Shown here one piece after another: positions 30,446 to 43,897 of a stretch of 64,000 bases of DNA. How positions within the stretch are numbered: the stretch's first letter is position 1; every line of letters begins with the position of its first letter. Position numbers and translations under genes: made by a program. Source of the stretch: Eledone cirrhosa (Eukaryota); contig OZ024743.1 of the NCBI GenBank assembly GCA_964016885.1, positions 111,848,001 through 111,912,000 on the forward strand, written 5' to 3'. The notes under the pieces are model-generated. The model ran no database searches and was not told where the DNA came from. It saw only the letters and a list, made by a program, of their open reading frames with translations.

Positions 30446-30606
30446 TAGGAAAAAGTATGACCCCGACAGCAGACCTCAAGCCGTTTCTGAGGCTATTATA
30501 TATATACACACATAAACATATATATATATAAAACACATATACACACGCACGCACATATCTACAAAAAGTTACGTCACCCCCTTAATAAAAATACACACAC
30601 ACATAT

Positions 30607-30677
<71 letters not shown>

Positions 30678-33219
30678 ATTATAACAGATAAATATAAAAT
30701 ACAATTATATACACACATACATATACATACAGATATATATAATTATATATACATATACATATATATATATATACATATATACACATATACACAACACACA
30801 CACATACACAGAAATAAATATCTAAAGGATATAAATGGTGGGTATGTAAAGAGTAAGGTAGAAAGTAGGGGGGAATAAGGCAAATAAATGACACATGAAA
30901 AAGTTTAAATATAATGGGACATAAGGGAGAAAAAGAATATAAGAGTACAGAAAGTGAGTTCAGAAAGTAAGAAAAATCGTAGTGAATGTAAGGCGTAGAG
31001 AGCAGAGAAGAAGTTCAAGGTTGTTGACTCATCGTAGGAATGTCAATCCAGTTTCAGATCAGATGTGATTTCAGGTGAGGACAACATCTGAAGATCTCGG
31101 TCTTGGAGTTGAGGCAAGTTGAAGTGGCTTTCATGTTTTGTAAAATCCTAAATTTTTCAGTGGTACACAAAGAAAAATTCTTTGTGCGCTTTTGGTACTC
31201 CTTCGAATGGTCTAAAATAGACCAATCGATAGAGTACGGGATGTTTTTATCCTTGAATTCCCACACCTTATTTGCGAGAGCCGTTGCTGTTCTTTTATCG
31301 GAGTGTTTAAAAGAAACGATATGTGCATAAAACCTGGTTTTAAACCTGTCCTGAGTCATGCCAACATATCGTTCACTCCTGGCTGGCTGGTTGTTAATTA
31401 AAGGTGTCACTTTGACCTCATATACAACGGATTTGGCGTTACATTTGCCCTGTAATGGGCATTCATCCGGCTTCCTGCAACTGCATCCTGGATTTATTCT
31501 CGTACGATTAGAATTGGTGATTTTAGACTTCATTGATGGGCAGCAAGAGTAACTGATTTTAACTACATTTCTATTAAATATCTTATAATATCTATGATTA
31601 GGAGGAAAATGTTTGTCAAAGAGGTCAAGGAATTTTCTTCCTACATTAGTTTTGACAGTTAGAGAGAAGGGTCGGGGGTGTAAACCAAATAATTTTCCTT
31701 TTCCTATTATTGTGGTTAGTTAGGGTGAGGAGTATGTAAATAATTAATGAGTTCTGTAAATCCGCTGTTATTAAGGTCTTTATTATAATAAGGGGTGGCT
31801 TCGTTAAAAAATGTCTAGAGATAAGGTAGAAATCCTACGGCTAATGTTGGGAAAAAGATTTTTAAAAGCTATAGGGGGATGGCAAGACTCTTTGTGTATA
31901 TATCTAAGATTTTCGTTAGGTTTATGATAAGGTTTAAAAGAGGGAGTAGGTAGATCAAGATTAATGTCAAGCAAGTTAGCATCTATAGTAATTTTAAGGA
32001 TAAGATTAGCAAAAGTATTGATTAAATCTTTACGGAATTTATCAAGGTTATGGCCGTTGGTGGTATGAGAAACTGCCAATCCGTCGTCACGGTATAAACC
32101 GATATTATGGGAAGGAAATTTCTCTTTAAGGGTGTGGAGAAGGAATAATCCTACTAAGTCACACACATCCGCACTGTCATATGAACCCATTGCAACATCA
32201 AAAGAGTTTTCAGGGTTTGACTTTTTAACCTAAATGCTTTCATTAGTTATAAGTAGAGTTTTTCTAGCATGAAAGATAATGTCTTCTTCTAATTCAGAAA
32301 TATTAATCAAGGGTCTTGCAAAATCTAAAGCTTTAGTTAATAAGGAAAGAGTAATAGAGGAGTAAAAATCAACAATATCAAATTGAGTAAATCTACACTT
32401 ATTTTTACCTTGTATATTATTACACCAAGAAATAACAGAGGATGTATTTAACCATTGTGATAAGTCAGTCTTAGTTCTAATTTGGAGAATTATTTTTCTT
32501 AAGATTTTTTTACTTGCAAGGCCAACTTCGGATTTAGCCGGGTTAATCAGTCTACAGCTAGGTCGATTAGTAAAGTCTAGTTTATGGTCTTTATGGGTAA
32601 TATATACTTTACGTTTAGCTAGGCTTTCAATCCGGTTGTCTAGTTTTAAAGAACTAGCTAGTTTGTTAGCTTCTTTATTAATAGTATTGTAGGTGTTATT
32701 ATTAGTTAATTGATATTTGTTGGTGATACTATTAGTTAAAAGTTGGTTATACAAAATACTATTAACTTCAAAGAGATTTTTAATTTTATCGGAAAGAACA
32801 AAAGTGTTTGTAGAATTTTTAAAATTAGAAATATCGTTAGACAGTTAAGTTTGAAAATGATTATTGTACTTACGAAAATTGATATCACTAATTAAATTAA
32901 CAAGGTCTAATTCGAAGTTGGCCATGTCTTTAATTCTAGGTGGGTATTTACGGGATTTTATGTCAAAACAATCATTAGTATCAGCACTGAATAGTCCATC
33001 GTAAACCATTGCCTTCCATCTCATTCTTTTAACGACTTGTTCGATTTTATCTATAAGCAGTTTTGTATAAGTTGTGTTGGAAGGTTAGGTATATTTTTGA
33101 TTGAATAATCCAATTCATAAAGGTCCATGGTCCATTTATATATATATGTTTATGTGTGTGTATATATATAATAGCCTCAGAAACGGCTTGAGCTCTGCCG
33201 TCGGGGTCTTACTTTTTCA
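30446..33219 (-). mobile_element. Full-length but decayed Naiad-like PLE
   Basis: The ORF begins at ~33128 (MDLYELDYSIKNIP), then KIEQVVKRMRWKAM. Frameshifted pieces lie at 32230-32754, 31804-32190 (GLYRDDGL) and 31054-31533 (CSCRKPDECPL, YVGMT). HHR 3' halves related to the 41 kb element sit in inverted orientation at both ends (30446-30497, 33170-33219). Confidence 0.88.
31054..33128 (-). pseudogene. PLE RT-GIY-YIG pseudogene
   Basis: Colinear RT and GIY-YIG fragments broken by stops and frameshifts. Confidence 0.88.
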
Positions 33220-33280
33220 TATATATATATATATATATATATGTATATGTATGTATATGTATGTATATATGTGTGTGTGC

Positions 33281-33311
<31 letters not shown>

Positions 33312-33525
33312 TATGTGTATGTATATGCAAAATTACATACAGAGTGATTTAATGCTTATTTTCATTGATTATATGCTCCAGGAATTTGTTGAGTGCTCTA
33401 AATCAGCTATAAACATTTATAACCTTTTTTATTTATTATTTGTCGTATTCCCAACAATTTATTTACCCCTTTCACCTTTTTATTTTTATATATATATAAT
33501 ATATATGTATTTTCTTATATATATA

Positions 33526-33591
<66 letters not shown>

Positions 33592-33686
33592 AGAGTTAAA
33601 CAAGGTTCAATGAATATATCTAAAAATGAGTTTTACACACATACATATGTGTGTGTCTATTTATATGTATGTGTGTGTGTATATGT

Positions 33687-33725
<39 letters not shown>

Positions 33726-34095
33726 TATGTATGTATGTGTATGTGTATATGTATATGTATGTGTATATGTGTGTGTGTGTTTGTATTTATATGTATGTAT
33801 ATGTATGTGTAATTGTGTGTATGGCTTACCACGTGTGTTTGTTCATTTATTTGTTTCCTGTATCGCTGTCAACTTTATAATAATTTTTACATTTATTTTT
33901 ATTCTTATGTGACGGCCTATATGGTCATCTATTGTTTTTTATTTTTATTATTATATGTTTTCTTATAATTAATTGCGTGTGTCCGTATGTAGGTGTGTGT
34001 ACATATATCTATATTTGTGTGTGCGTATGTATGTGTGTATATATGTGTGTATGTATGTGTGTGTATGTACGTGTGAATATATGTATGATTATGTG

Positions 34096-34131
<36 letters not shown>

Positions 34132-34168
34132 CACATAATCGTACATATATACACACGTACATACACAC

Positions 34169-34241
<73 letters not shown>

Positions 34242-34475
34242 CATGTGTGTGTATGTGTGCTAGTGTATTTGTGTGTATGTGTATGTATGGATATGTGGAT
34301 ATATATGCGTGTATGTATGTATATGTATGTATATATATCTGTGTATGTATATATGTGTGTGTATGTATATGTGTGTATGTGTGTGTGTGTGTGTGTGTTT
34401 GTTTTTCCTTTCCTTCTTCCTTTTGCAGCCTTACTTTCATATAGATTATATTTTTTTGTTTTTAAAATACATTTT

Positions 34476-34536
34476 TTTCATTCTGATGATAGAAAGCAAA
34501 TTTTGTTTTCTTTCAGGAAACCACTGGTAAATGAAA
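34476..34536 (+). ncRNA. Hammerhead ribozyme
   Basis: UUUCAUU-CUGAUGA-UAGAAAGCAAA U UUUGUUUUCU..-GAAA-CCA C UGG-UA^AAUGAAA. Confidence 0.72.
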
Positions 34537-34635
34537 TAATTACCTCATGTTGTTTATTACATAACTATTAATCTATGTAACCTACATAGAGCACTCTTTT
34601 TTCCTGGACCTTTCCGACGGAATTACTTAATTTAG

Positions 34636-34743
<108 letters not shown>

Positions 34744-35749
34744 CATACATATATATATATATATATTTTTCTATTTTTTATGTTTTATGCTCACACAATG
34801 ATCTCTGGATAAGACCTTTTGAGACACTGAAATTTAGCTTTTAATCTATGTTTAGAGAACGCCATCAATACAAACTATGAACGGTGTTATACAGCGTTGG
34901 ACCCCTATATACACCTGTCTTTGATAGAGAGACTACGATTTGTCATTGCTGCCCTTAGACTTTCTTTAAAATGCATTGAATCAGGAAATTGAAAGAAACA
35001 ACAGCTCAACTAAATGTAGAGTATACAACGAAATAAACGTGTCTCTAGCACATATATTTTCAGAATGATCGCAACTACACCTAGTTGATTACTAGATATA
35101 CACGTGATAATATATTGTCACAAATAATGGTATTTTACATACACAGAAATGAGATCGGATTATATGGGTGTAATAAAAAATGATAGACCTCGAAAACAAT
35201 TGTTGCTACATTGAAAATTGTCCATACAGACCAAATGGAAAATATAGTGCAAAGAGTCAGATATTATCATTAATAAGAAACATTGTGCCTCTTAATTAAC
35301 GTTGCATACCGATTTGCTAAGAAGTTTTAAGAAACATGGAGCATACCACTTCAAATGTGAGGTCTTCCTGAGAAAGTAAAGAGAATTTGACAAGACATGA
35401 TCTTGCCAAATTGTCATAAGAGGCGTGGAAACAGACAAAGAATTAAAACATTATCATTGAAATGATATCCCTTAGTTTTTAGGGTGCAAATACGATGTTT
35501 AATTGGATCAGCTCAAATTATTAATGAAGTCCTGACACGGTTATGAAAAGGATGTAAGGCGTTAATTAGACAAAGGAAAAGAATGATTCACCACGGGTTC
35601 CACGTGGTAATGTCGTAAAAGAAGAAATAATAATAATAATAATAACTGTTTCTACTTTTGGCACAAGGCCAGCAATTATCCAGGTAACATTACTATTATC
35701 GACCCCGTAAGGATGAAAGGCAAAGCTAATAATAATAATAATAATAATG

Positions 35750-36155
35750 TTTTCTTTGGTAAACAAAAGGGTTTACAGAGAAAATACATTGCACAGGAAG
35801 GTATAAATACTGGTTTCTGCGTGTATTGAAAAAAAACCAAAAAAAAGGGATATGATAAAAAAAAGACGAAACAGGAAAATTCCTCCATAGAGAGGAGAAT
35901 TCTGGGGGTACTCATAGAGAAATCCCTTAAAAAGCCACGGTGTACCAGAAAAACGAGAGAAAATGTCATCTCCCAGTTTTCCCCCTCCAATCTACAGGCA
36001 CATACTCAGAACAAGCCCATTCACTAGGACCATCTTGCCTTTCACACCAATCTTTCAACAAACTGCTGGGAAAGGAATACTTCCCTCTCCACCCTGATTT
36101 TCCTATTCAAATGAAATTTGAAAAGGTTAATCAGGCCTTCGCCGAAGAGATGTGA
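35750..36155 (-). mobile_element. Probable Tx1/L1-like 3' end
   Basis: Loose similarity to 4980-5390. Confidence 0.4.
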
Positions 36156-36189
36156 AAGGAGCTCTTCTGAGACATGAATATTCTCATTT

Positions 36190-36800
36190 ACTTCACGAAT
36201 GAAGATGAATAACTGAGCAGTGTCTAGGATGTCAGTACTCTCATCCAGGGCAACAAACTACCACATAAAATCTTTGGTAGCAGTCCCCAGCTGTTGAGTC
36301 ACTTCGTTACTTATTACATCAACGCGTCGTACAATAGTAAGTCTTGGTAATGAAATACTTTCAAATTTACCTTTCACTTCAGGGCACCCAATGTTTGCGC
36401 AATCCATCATGCATTGTTTTAGAAACTCCCCTTCCGAGAATGGTCTGTTGCTTTTTTCAAGATTGTATGCTAGAATAAAACCTGCTTCTATGGCACTCCA
36501 ATGATGCGACGATAGTTTTGTAAACATAGTTTTTTAGCTTGTTCAGTTCGTCACAAAATTCATTACCTTTCTCCTCCGTTCTTCATCGAACATGTTGAGA
36601 CCAAACCCTCGTATGTTGTTTGATTATGTCATTTAAATTGTACTCTTTCAACACAGCGATTGTCTCTTGGCATAGCAACCAGACCACTTAATTCTCGGCA
36701 CTGGTAAAGAAGTACATGTTTAGCCAATCTTCTTGGAATACAGGACATTCTTGGTCAATTATTCGCTTTTCAGTGATTGACAAGGACACATGATCCCCAT
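36190..36800 (-). mobile_element. hAT (Charlie/SPIN, GTF2IRD2-like) transposase remnant
   Basis: FQEDWLNMYFF, IAVLKEYNL, RPFSEGEFLKQCM, FESISL..TIVRRV, ALDESTDILDTAQL. Confidence 0.82.
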
Positions 36801-36989
36801 CAAGGAAGTGCTGGAGTTGTCGTGCCTCAGCGCATGTTTTTGCATCATTAGCCAGGGCATACCTAACACCCCACGTAGCGGGGGTTGATAACAGATGAAC
36901 AGCATGACCATTGGAGTTCGTCACTTCAACAAACAGTGGAAGTGCAAACGCTTCAGTGCAGTCAGGCGAGGCTACATAGCAGACGATAG

Positions 36990-38360
36990 TACATAGCAGA
37001 CTAAATTACGCGTCCGCCACCCTCATCCGATCTTTCAGGGACAGTTTCCTCTCAGCCCATTTCTTGGTGAGAGAGGCCACCCTGCTCATCCCTGTTTTTG
37101 TCCATTGGAATGTCCGGACTAAAAAAGACCACTAAACATTTAGCCGGTCCGTCCATCAAGCGACCGATGACGCAGTTGCACCTGCATCTCCAGGTGCCGA
37201 GCTGCCGGACCACCGCCTTTTCCAGGTTAATGTTTACTCCCGTCATCACCTCGTACACCTTGAGTGCGGTGCCGATCATCTCAATGTGTTTGGTGTTTGA
37301 CACCATTACGATGACTTCGTTGGCATAAGCTGAAACGGTTCTACCGCATCCAAGTGCACGCGGGACGCACCTCAACATTTTCAAGTTGTGCAGCAATGGA
37401 TCGCGAGTCAAAACATACAACAACACTGAGAGTGGACACCCTCGGCGGACCGATTGCATGATCCTGAACTGTTTCGAAAGGTGACTGTTCGCTCTCGGGA
37501 CAGAGCAAATATCACGGTTTATGGCAGGGATCCAGCTTCTGGAAACGGACTGGAATCTGTCCGCCCACAGACCGCCGCCAGATAACGATGGTCAACGCTA
37601 TCGAAAGTCTTCAAATGCTCTAAATTGATCAAGGCTCCAATCATGCCAGGAATTTTAGCTACCCTCGACATTATGTTTCGCATGAGGTGCAGCTTATCTT
37701 GGATGTATCTGTCTGGAATGCGCATATCTGTACCTCTCCCACCAGACTGCCGACGACAATTACAAAACTCATCGTTAACACCTTGTCCAAAGACATTAAC
37801 ACTGCGTTCAGCTTAGTTATGGGCCTGGAGTTAACTATTTTGTAACTATTGTTCGAGTACTTTCTCCGCAGCACCACCGCTCCTCAGCTCACAGAATCGG
37901 ACAATTCCCCGTTCTGCTGCCAGTTGCAGTAGTTGTCCGCCAAGAGGTCGTAGAACAAGCGTGGCATATATACGTAAAGCTTGTAGGGCAGACCAACCAA
38001 AACGAGCGATTTATCGATCGTACATCTAGTCATTTCCTGACGGACTTTAGCGTTTCGCAACACTCAGCCTCAGTGGTCGTGAACCGTGAAAGACCACCGA
38101 GGTAGAGCATCAAATAACATATCATGATCCGAAACACCGCTGTCTCCGAACAGCTCCATGAAGTGCCGCTGTAAAACCGCACACATTTTCCCGGGATCGA
38201 GTAACATGCGCCGTTCCTAGTCCTTCGAAGACCGGATCGGGGTTTTGTTGCCATCGAAAAGCTTTCGTCCCTTCGTTTATTAGCGTACGCCCCTTGCTCT
38301 GACAACGCGGCCTTCATGCTTTGCGTTGACGAATTGGTCGAGAGCCCATTTCGCCGCATG
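36990..38360 (-). mobile_element. Decayed Tx1/L1-like RT fragment
   Basis: RPITKLN, KTFDSVDHRYL, SVRRGCPLSVLLYVL, SAYANEV (YADD-derived), INLEK. Confidence 0.78.
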
Positions 38361-38835
38361 AACGTCAGTCGCGATAACTTTACTAATTTGTATGTGGGTA
38401 GGTGTTGTGAATGTTTGGGCTGTTGTGTAGTTTTTCTCTGTGATGCTGGTGTTGTGCCGCGTGTATTACAATAATTGTTTGTTGTTCGTATTTAAAGCCG
38501 TGTAGTCAGGTGCAGTTATATTGTGGGTCTGTTAGTCACAAATCATTATAATAATAATTATTTTTTTTTCTAGTTTAGGCACAACTCCAGCAATTTAAAA
38601 GGGAGGGGAAATTCGAGTAAATCGACTCCAGTGCATTAATGGTACTTTATTTTATCGACCCGTAAAGATGAAAGTCAAATCGAACCCCGCTGGGATTCGA
38701 ACGCAGAATGTAAAGGGACATAATTATATGCCGGGAAGCACGATATCCAAGGCTCTGCCGGTTGTGACAATCCATAATTAATTGAGAAATAGATAATCCA
38801 TAAATTAGTGGAAAGAATGTTATATATATATATAT

Positions 38836-39075
38836 AACAAAGGAATTGTGGTAAGGAACCAGATGGACCATAACGCACCAGAGTACTCAATACTTAGTGT
38901 AGTAGAGTGGGAAATAGGAAAAAGTATGACCCCGACGGCAGAGCTCAAGCCGTTTCGACGGCTATTTCTGGACTAGACCACAACTTGGTAAAGTTATTAG
39001 AACAGTGGATGGAATGTTTTATAGTCCAGATATAGCCGTCGAAACGGCTTGAGCTCTGCCGTCGGGGTCATACTT

Positions 39076-39080
<5 letters not shown>
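38836..39080. mobile_element. Fold-back terminus of a sister PLE family, inserted next to a SINE
   Basis: Tail and HHR half on minus; inverted HHR half at 39021-39079. Confidence 0.8.
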
Positions 39081-39122
<42 letters not shown>

Positions 39123-39179
39123 TATATATATACATATATATATATATAAATACACACACACACCCATATATATATATAT

Positions 39180-41339
39180 CATCATCATTCGTCGACTACT
39201 ATCGAGATGACGGATCTCACCCTCATGCCCCAGAATTCCCTGTCCCCCATCGCTGCCCCCAGGTCCTGTCTACTGATTCCCGTATCCCTAGTGATAATGT
39301 CAGGGAATGACAGCTTCCTACTCCTAGTCAGGCTGGAGTCAGGGTTCCAGAGCAAGAGAGCGGATATGATTTCATTGCTGGCACGGTGACAGTGGCCAGC
39401 AAATTGAGCTCTCTGGGATTTTAGAAGGGCAGAGGGTCGAGGGAGTTTGCCATAGATTTTAAACAAGGTGGGATGTCGTTTCCTGGATAGGTTTTGCACT
39501 CTCATTAACAGGCGGGTATATGTGCCATCCAATCTCCTCTCAAGTTGTGAAGTTAGTGTCCAAGTTTCGGATCCATAAAATAATATGGGCTTAATGGTTG
39601 CTTGGAATATTTCCAGTTTTAGCTTGTTGGTAAGTTTAGATGTCCATATGGCGTGCATGTCATTGCACGCTGACCATGCCATACCCTTCCTGGTTAGAAA
39701 ATCTTATTTTGGAGGAGGAGATATATGAGCCAAGATACTTGTAATTTTCCACCTGCTTAAGGGTGGTACCATTAAGGGTCCTGATGGGGTTGTTTGAGCT
39801 GTTTGCGCATCTGTTCACATACTCAGTCTTGGATTCGTTGAGGTACAGTCCAACACAGTTGGACGCTTGCTCTAATGACTTCAAAAGACTCTCAGCATTT
39901 TCCAGTGACCGACTGATCAATGTGATGTCGACAGCAAAGTCGGTGACGGTCAACTATTTTGCTGGGTAGCATGAGCTTCTCCTAGGCTGTAGTTGGTATC
40001 CCCTATCCTGAATCCTATCCTCAGACATGCGCAAAACATAATCCACAATGATAAATAGATACGGAGCAAGGGTATCGCCCTGTAAAATTCCAGCGAGGAT
40101 TGAGAAAGGTGGTGTTTCCCCATCTGGGGTCAGCACAGTTGATTTGGTATCTGTATACATTACACGTATGGCCGCGATGATTTTATCAGGAATCCCATAG
40201 AGTTGTAGAATTTCAAACATCCCCGACCTGTCAACTGAGTCGAAGGCTTTTGAAAAATCAACAAAGATGAGTACAAGGTCTAGATTGCGGTTTTGGGACT
40301 CCTCTATAAGTCGGCGAACGCAGAGAATCTGGCTAAGTGTTGATCTACCTCTCCTAAATCCATTCTGGTTGTTACGAAGGATTGGCTCAAGGAATGGGAT
40401 TAAGCGGTTAAGAAGAAGCTTGTATATTTTTGCAGCAATTGCCATGAGAGAAATTCCTCTATAGTTGGTGGCTAAAGAAAGATCTCCTTTTTTGGGCATG
40501 GGGATAATTTGAGCTGCATGCCAGACGCTAGGTGGTTTATTGGTCTCGAAAGTATGGTTACATAAGTTGAGCAAAAGGATGTGGAAATGCTCATCCTTCC
40601 AAATCAGGGTAGGTATATTATCCGGCCCAAAGGCTTTTGAGGCTTTGAGCTGTTTGATGGCTTCTTTGAGCTCAGGCATGGTGAAAGGAGAGGTGTTGAT
40701 TCCTAAAGGCTCTGAAACCTGAACGGATGGCAGTTGATAGTTATCAGGGAGTCTGGCCTTTTTTCCCTAGAAGGTTTTTAAAATGACCAGACCAATTTTC
40801 AAGACGTTGTTTGGCAGAGCCTCCTTTGATTCTAACTGCAGAGTTTGAGTTTTTGCCTGTAAGATCTTTGACAACCTTCCAAGCAAGATGATGGTGTTTG
40901 CTGATGTGATGTTGCGATAGCTGATCAATCCTACCTGAGATATAGTCGGCTTCAGCATTAAGATAAGCGTCGTCTAGTGATTTTTTTGGCCATGATAAGC
41001 TGTATCTTTTCCCCTTGAGATGGTGATTGATGGTGAGATTGGGATATTGACCTAAGATGGGCCCTTGCCTCAACTATCCTCGCTGAGGCACTAGGTTTGA
41101 TTTGGCTTCAGCTTTTCTTTTTAGGTAGGGTGGCAAGTGCAACTTCCTCTGTTGATTGCTTAAGACAGTCATACACATCCTCAATATTATCGTCATTGAT
41201 GTCAGAAGTTGAGAGAGATTGAAATCTCTTATAGACTTGAAGCGTGAAGCTATTGGATAGTTGTTTGTTGGAAGAGACGGCTTTCCAGTCTATTCTTTTC
41301 ATGGGATGAGGTTCGGCCCTCTTGGATATCCTGAGACTA

Positions 41340-41342
<3 letters not shown>
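39180..41342 (-). mobile_element. 5'-truncated RTE/RTEX-like non-LTR retrotransposon with frameshifted RT
   Basis: KAFGPDNIP, NYRGISL, NQNGFRRGRST, DFSKAFDSV, GILQGDTLAPYLF, YKYLGS, YGSETWTLT; short GAT-repeat 3' tail. Confidence 0.88.
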
Positions 41343-41379
<37 letters not shown>

Positions 41380-41389
41380 AACCAGTAAG

Positions 41390-41483
41390 ACCCCGACAGC
41401 TGAGCTCAAGCCGTTTCGACGGCTAATTCTGGACTAAATGAACATTTATCCTGGTATTTAAATAGCCGATCTTCTCAAGGGGT
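41390..41483 (-). ncRNA. Inverted copy of the U3-A8 hammerhead
   Basis: Reverse complement of 44996-45089. Confidence 0.8.
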
Positions 41484-41824
41484 AATTCCATATATGGTCA
41501 AAGTGATTGTCAAAAATCAGTAGTAATTCTGTGGTTGCAAATTAGTAGGGGAGATGGTGGCTAAACCTGCCAGTAGGAGAAAGAGGGGAGGGGGTGGAGT
41601 AGACCCAATCAAGCGTTGGTAGTGCCAGCTACAGCTGGGCATGAGGTCAAAGAAGATACAGGGGAGGGGGAGGGGGAGGAAGTCGGAACGGTAGGTAGAA
41701 CAATGGGGGGTAAAAATAGGAAAGAAAAAATACTGAGAGTGAAGAAAAGCAAAAAAGTGTAAAGAAAAAATTAAATTCTACGACCTAGGTGTCAGGCTAT
41801 TGTTAGGCGAGAATAAAATAAAGA

Positions 41825-43897
41825 AAAATTGATCTATTTGCGAAAAGACTTAGATGGAGAACTTTTTTCTATGACAGATATTGCGACAACCAAGACTTCG
41901 GCACCAAGGAGAGATTCGGATTTATTACCTACAAATCTCCGCCCCTGAACCCCTTGCTCGCACCCTTCGAGAATGACCTCTTCCAACTGGTCAAGAACAT
42001 TAAATTTAAACCCAGACACAACCGATTCCTACAAAAACTCCGTAGCAACTTAACAGAGTATGATAACACAAATGACATCATGGTGCATTCGGATAAAACT
42101 GGGAACCTATACTTTGTCAACCCTGACAGATACCACACACTGATCAGGAGCAGCCTAAACTCCACCTATAAAAAGGCCAACCACTCTTGCATCGAGGACA
42201 TAAATCGAGATGGACAACACATCACCTCCAGCCTCGGGGTCGCCGACCGCACGGAACCTCTAGACCCACGGACACCATACTTCACACTGAAGGACCATAA
42301 ATCCGATTTTGACCGTAAACCCTCCATCAGGCTTATTAACCCAACGAAGTCCGACATAGGGAGAATCAGCAAAAAAATCCTAGACCGCGTGATACCAAAA
42401 GTCAAGCAACACACCCGACTTAGCCTATGGATCAACACCCAGGAAGTAATCTCCTGGTTCAGCAATATGGAGGATAAACGAGAAACTAAATTCATACAGT
42501 TCGACATAGAGAGCTACTATGCTTCAATCACCTTACCGCTACTTACTGCCGCCTTGGACTTCGCCGAAACACTCGTGCCCATCACCGACCAGGAAAGAAA
42601 AATCATCCTCCACGCCAGGAAGACAGTCTTACTCTTTGACGACTCTAAATGGATAAAAAGAGCTCCCGACTCACCCTTCGACGTCAGCATGGGCGCCACG
42701 GATTCGGCGGAGGTCACTGATCTTATAGGATTATTCCTAATAGCCAAACTCACTGATATGTTTCCTGCATTCGGTGGTGGATTGTACCGTGATGATGGGC
42801 TCCTTACCCTTAAAGGGTACAACCCCAGTAGTACAGATCGGGTCCGGAAACAATTAATCAGATTCTTCCGCGACTGGGGATTTAAAATAACCCTACAAAC
42901 GTCCCTGACCCGAGTAAACTTCCTGGACGTAACCCTCGACCTCGAAAACGACCTGTACTACCCATACAGGAAACCTAATGACAATCTGCACTACATCCAC
43001 CGCCGATCAAACCATCCTAGGAACATCACAAACAACCTGGTCAAAAACATCTCCCTCCGCATATCCCGTTTGTCAGCTAATGAGCGGATATTCGATGAAC
43101 ATGCGCCTTATTACAACCAGGCCCTCAAGCGGAGTGGTTTCCGGGAGGAAATATCCTACTGTCCAGATCCCATTAGCGGAACCAGCAGGAGACACCGCCG
43201 CTCACGCAATGTAACATGGTTCAATCCTCCCCACAACGCAGAGGTGACTACTCCCATCGGGAAACTATTCTTTAGGCTCATTGAAAAACACTTCCCATTA
43301 CAACACCGCTACCACAACATAATTAACAAAAATACCATCAAACTCTCTTACAGCACTACACCAAACTTCGCACAAAACATCGTCTCCTCTAACAACAAAA
43401 AACTCAACCCCGATGGCAGAAATAACCTAAATAGCAGTGGAGAACCGACCAGGAGGTGTAACTGCCCGGATAGATCTATTTGCCCACTCGACAATAGATG
43501 CAGAGACCGTAATGTGATCTACCAGTGCAACGTGAGGACGGATACCTCCAACAAAGCCTATATAGGACTTACCGCATGTGACTTCAAGACCCGGCTATAC
43601 CAACATAGACATACCTTCCGAAACCCGGCCCGGCGTCACGCCACTACACTTTCGGGCCACATATGGGACCTCAAGGACAACAACATCACCTATGATCTCA
43701 CTTGGAGATTACTGTCCAGAGCCAATTCTTACACGGGAGGACGCCGTCCGTGCAATTTATGCTCGGAGGAAACTTTACAAATGCTGTTTTCGACGGACCA
43801 ACTCCTAAACAAGAAAGATGAACTGGTTACTGCATGTAAACATAGATTGCGTAGGACTTACCTCGCCCTCAAACCCCATAATGACCCGGGGGGGTAG
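41825..43897 (+). CDS. PLE reverse transcriptase + GIY-YIG endonuclease, uninterrupted frame of ~690 aa lacking only the extreme N-terminus
   Basis: The frame is open upstream of the called 41954 start (KIDLFAKRLRWRTFF...). RT motifs: KDHK, RLINP, QFDIESYY, MGATDSAEVTDLIG, GLYRDDGL, NFLDVTLDL. CNCx5CPLxxxC linker; VIYQ..YIGLT..FKTRLYQH; C-terminal CNLC..CKH. Confidence 0.93.
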   Translation, partial: KIDLFAKRLRWRTFFYDRYCDNQDFGTKERFGFITYKSPPLNPLLAPFENDLFQLVKNIKFKPRHNRFLQKLRSNLTEYDNTNDIMVHSDKTGNLYFVNPDRYHTLIRSSLNSTYKKANHSCIEDINRDGQHITSSLGVADRTEPLDPRTPYFTLKDHKSDFDRKPSIRLINPTKSDIGRISKKILDRVIPKVKQHTRLSLWINTQEVISWFSNMEDKRETKFIQFDIESYYASITLPLLTAALDFAETLVPITDQERKIILHARKTVLLFDDSKWIKRAPDSPFDVSMGATDSAEVTDLIGLFLIAKLTDMFPAFGGGLYRDDGLLTLKGYNPSSTDRVRKQLIRFFRDWGFKITLQTSLTRVNFLDVTLDLENDLYYPYRKPNDNLHYIHRRSNHPRNITNNLVKNISLRISRLSANERIFDEHAPYYNQALKRSGFREEISYCPDPISGTSRRHRRSRNVTWFNPPHNAEVTTPIGKLFFRLIEKHFPLQHRYHNIINKNTIKLSYSTTPNFAQNIVSSNNKKLNPDGRNNLNSSGEPTRRCNCPDRSICPLDNRCRDRNVIYQCNVRTDTSNKAYIGLTACDFKTRLYQHRHTFRNPARRHATTLSGHIWDLKDNNITYDLTWRLLSRANSYTGGRRPCNLCSEETLQMLFSTDQLLNKKDELVTACKHRLRRTYLALKPHNDPGG

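Noticed and set aside
42166-42822. Antisense ORFs within the PLE
   Set aside because: They are shadows of the RT frame.
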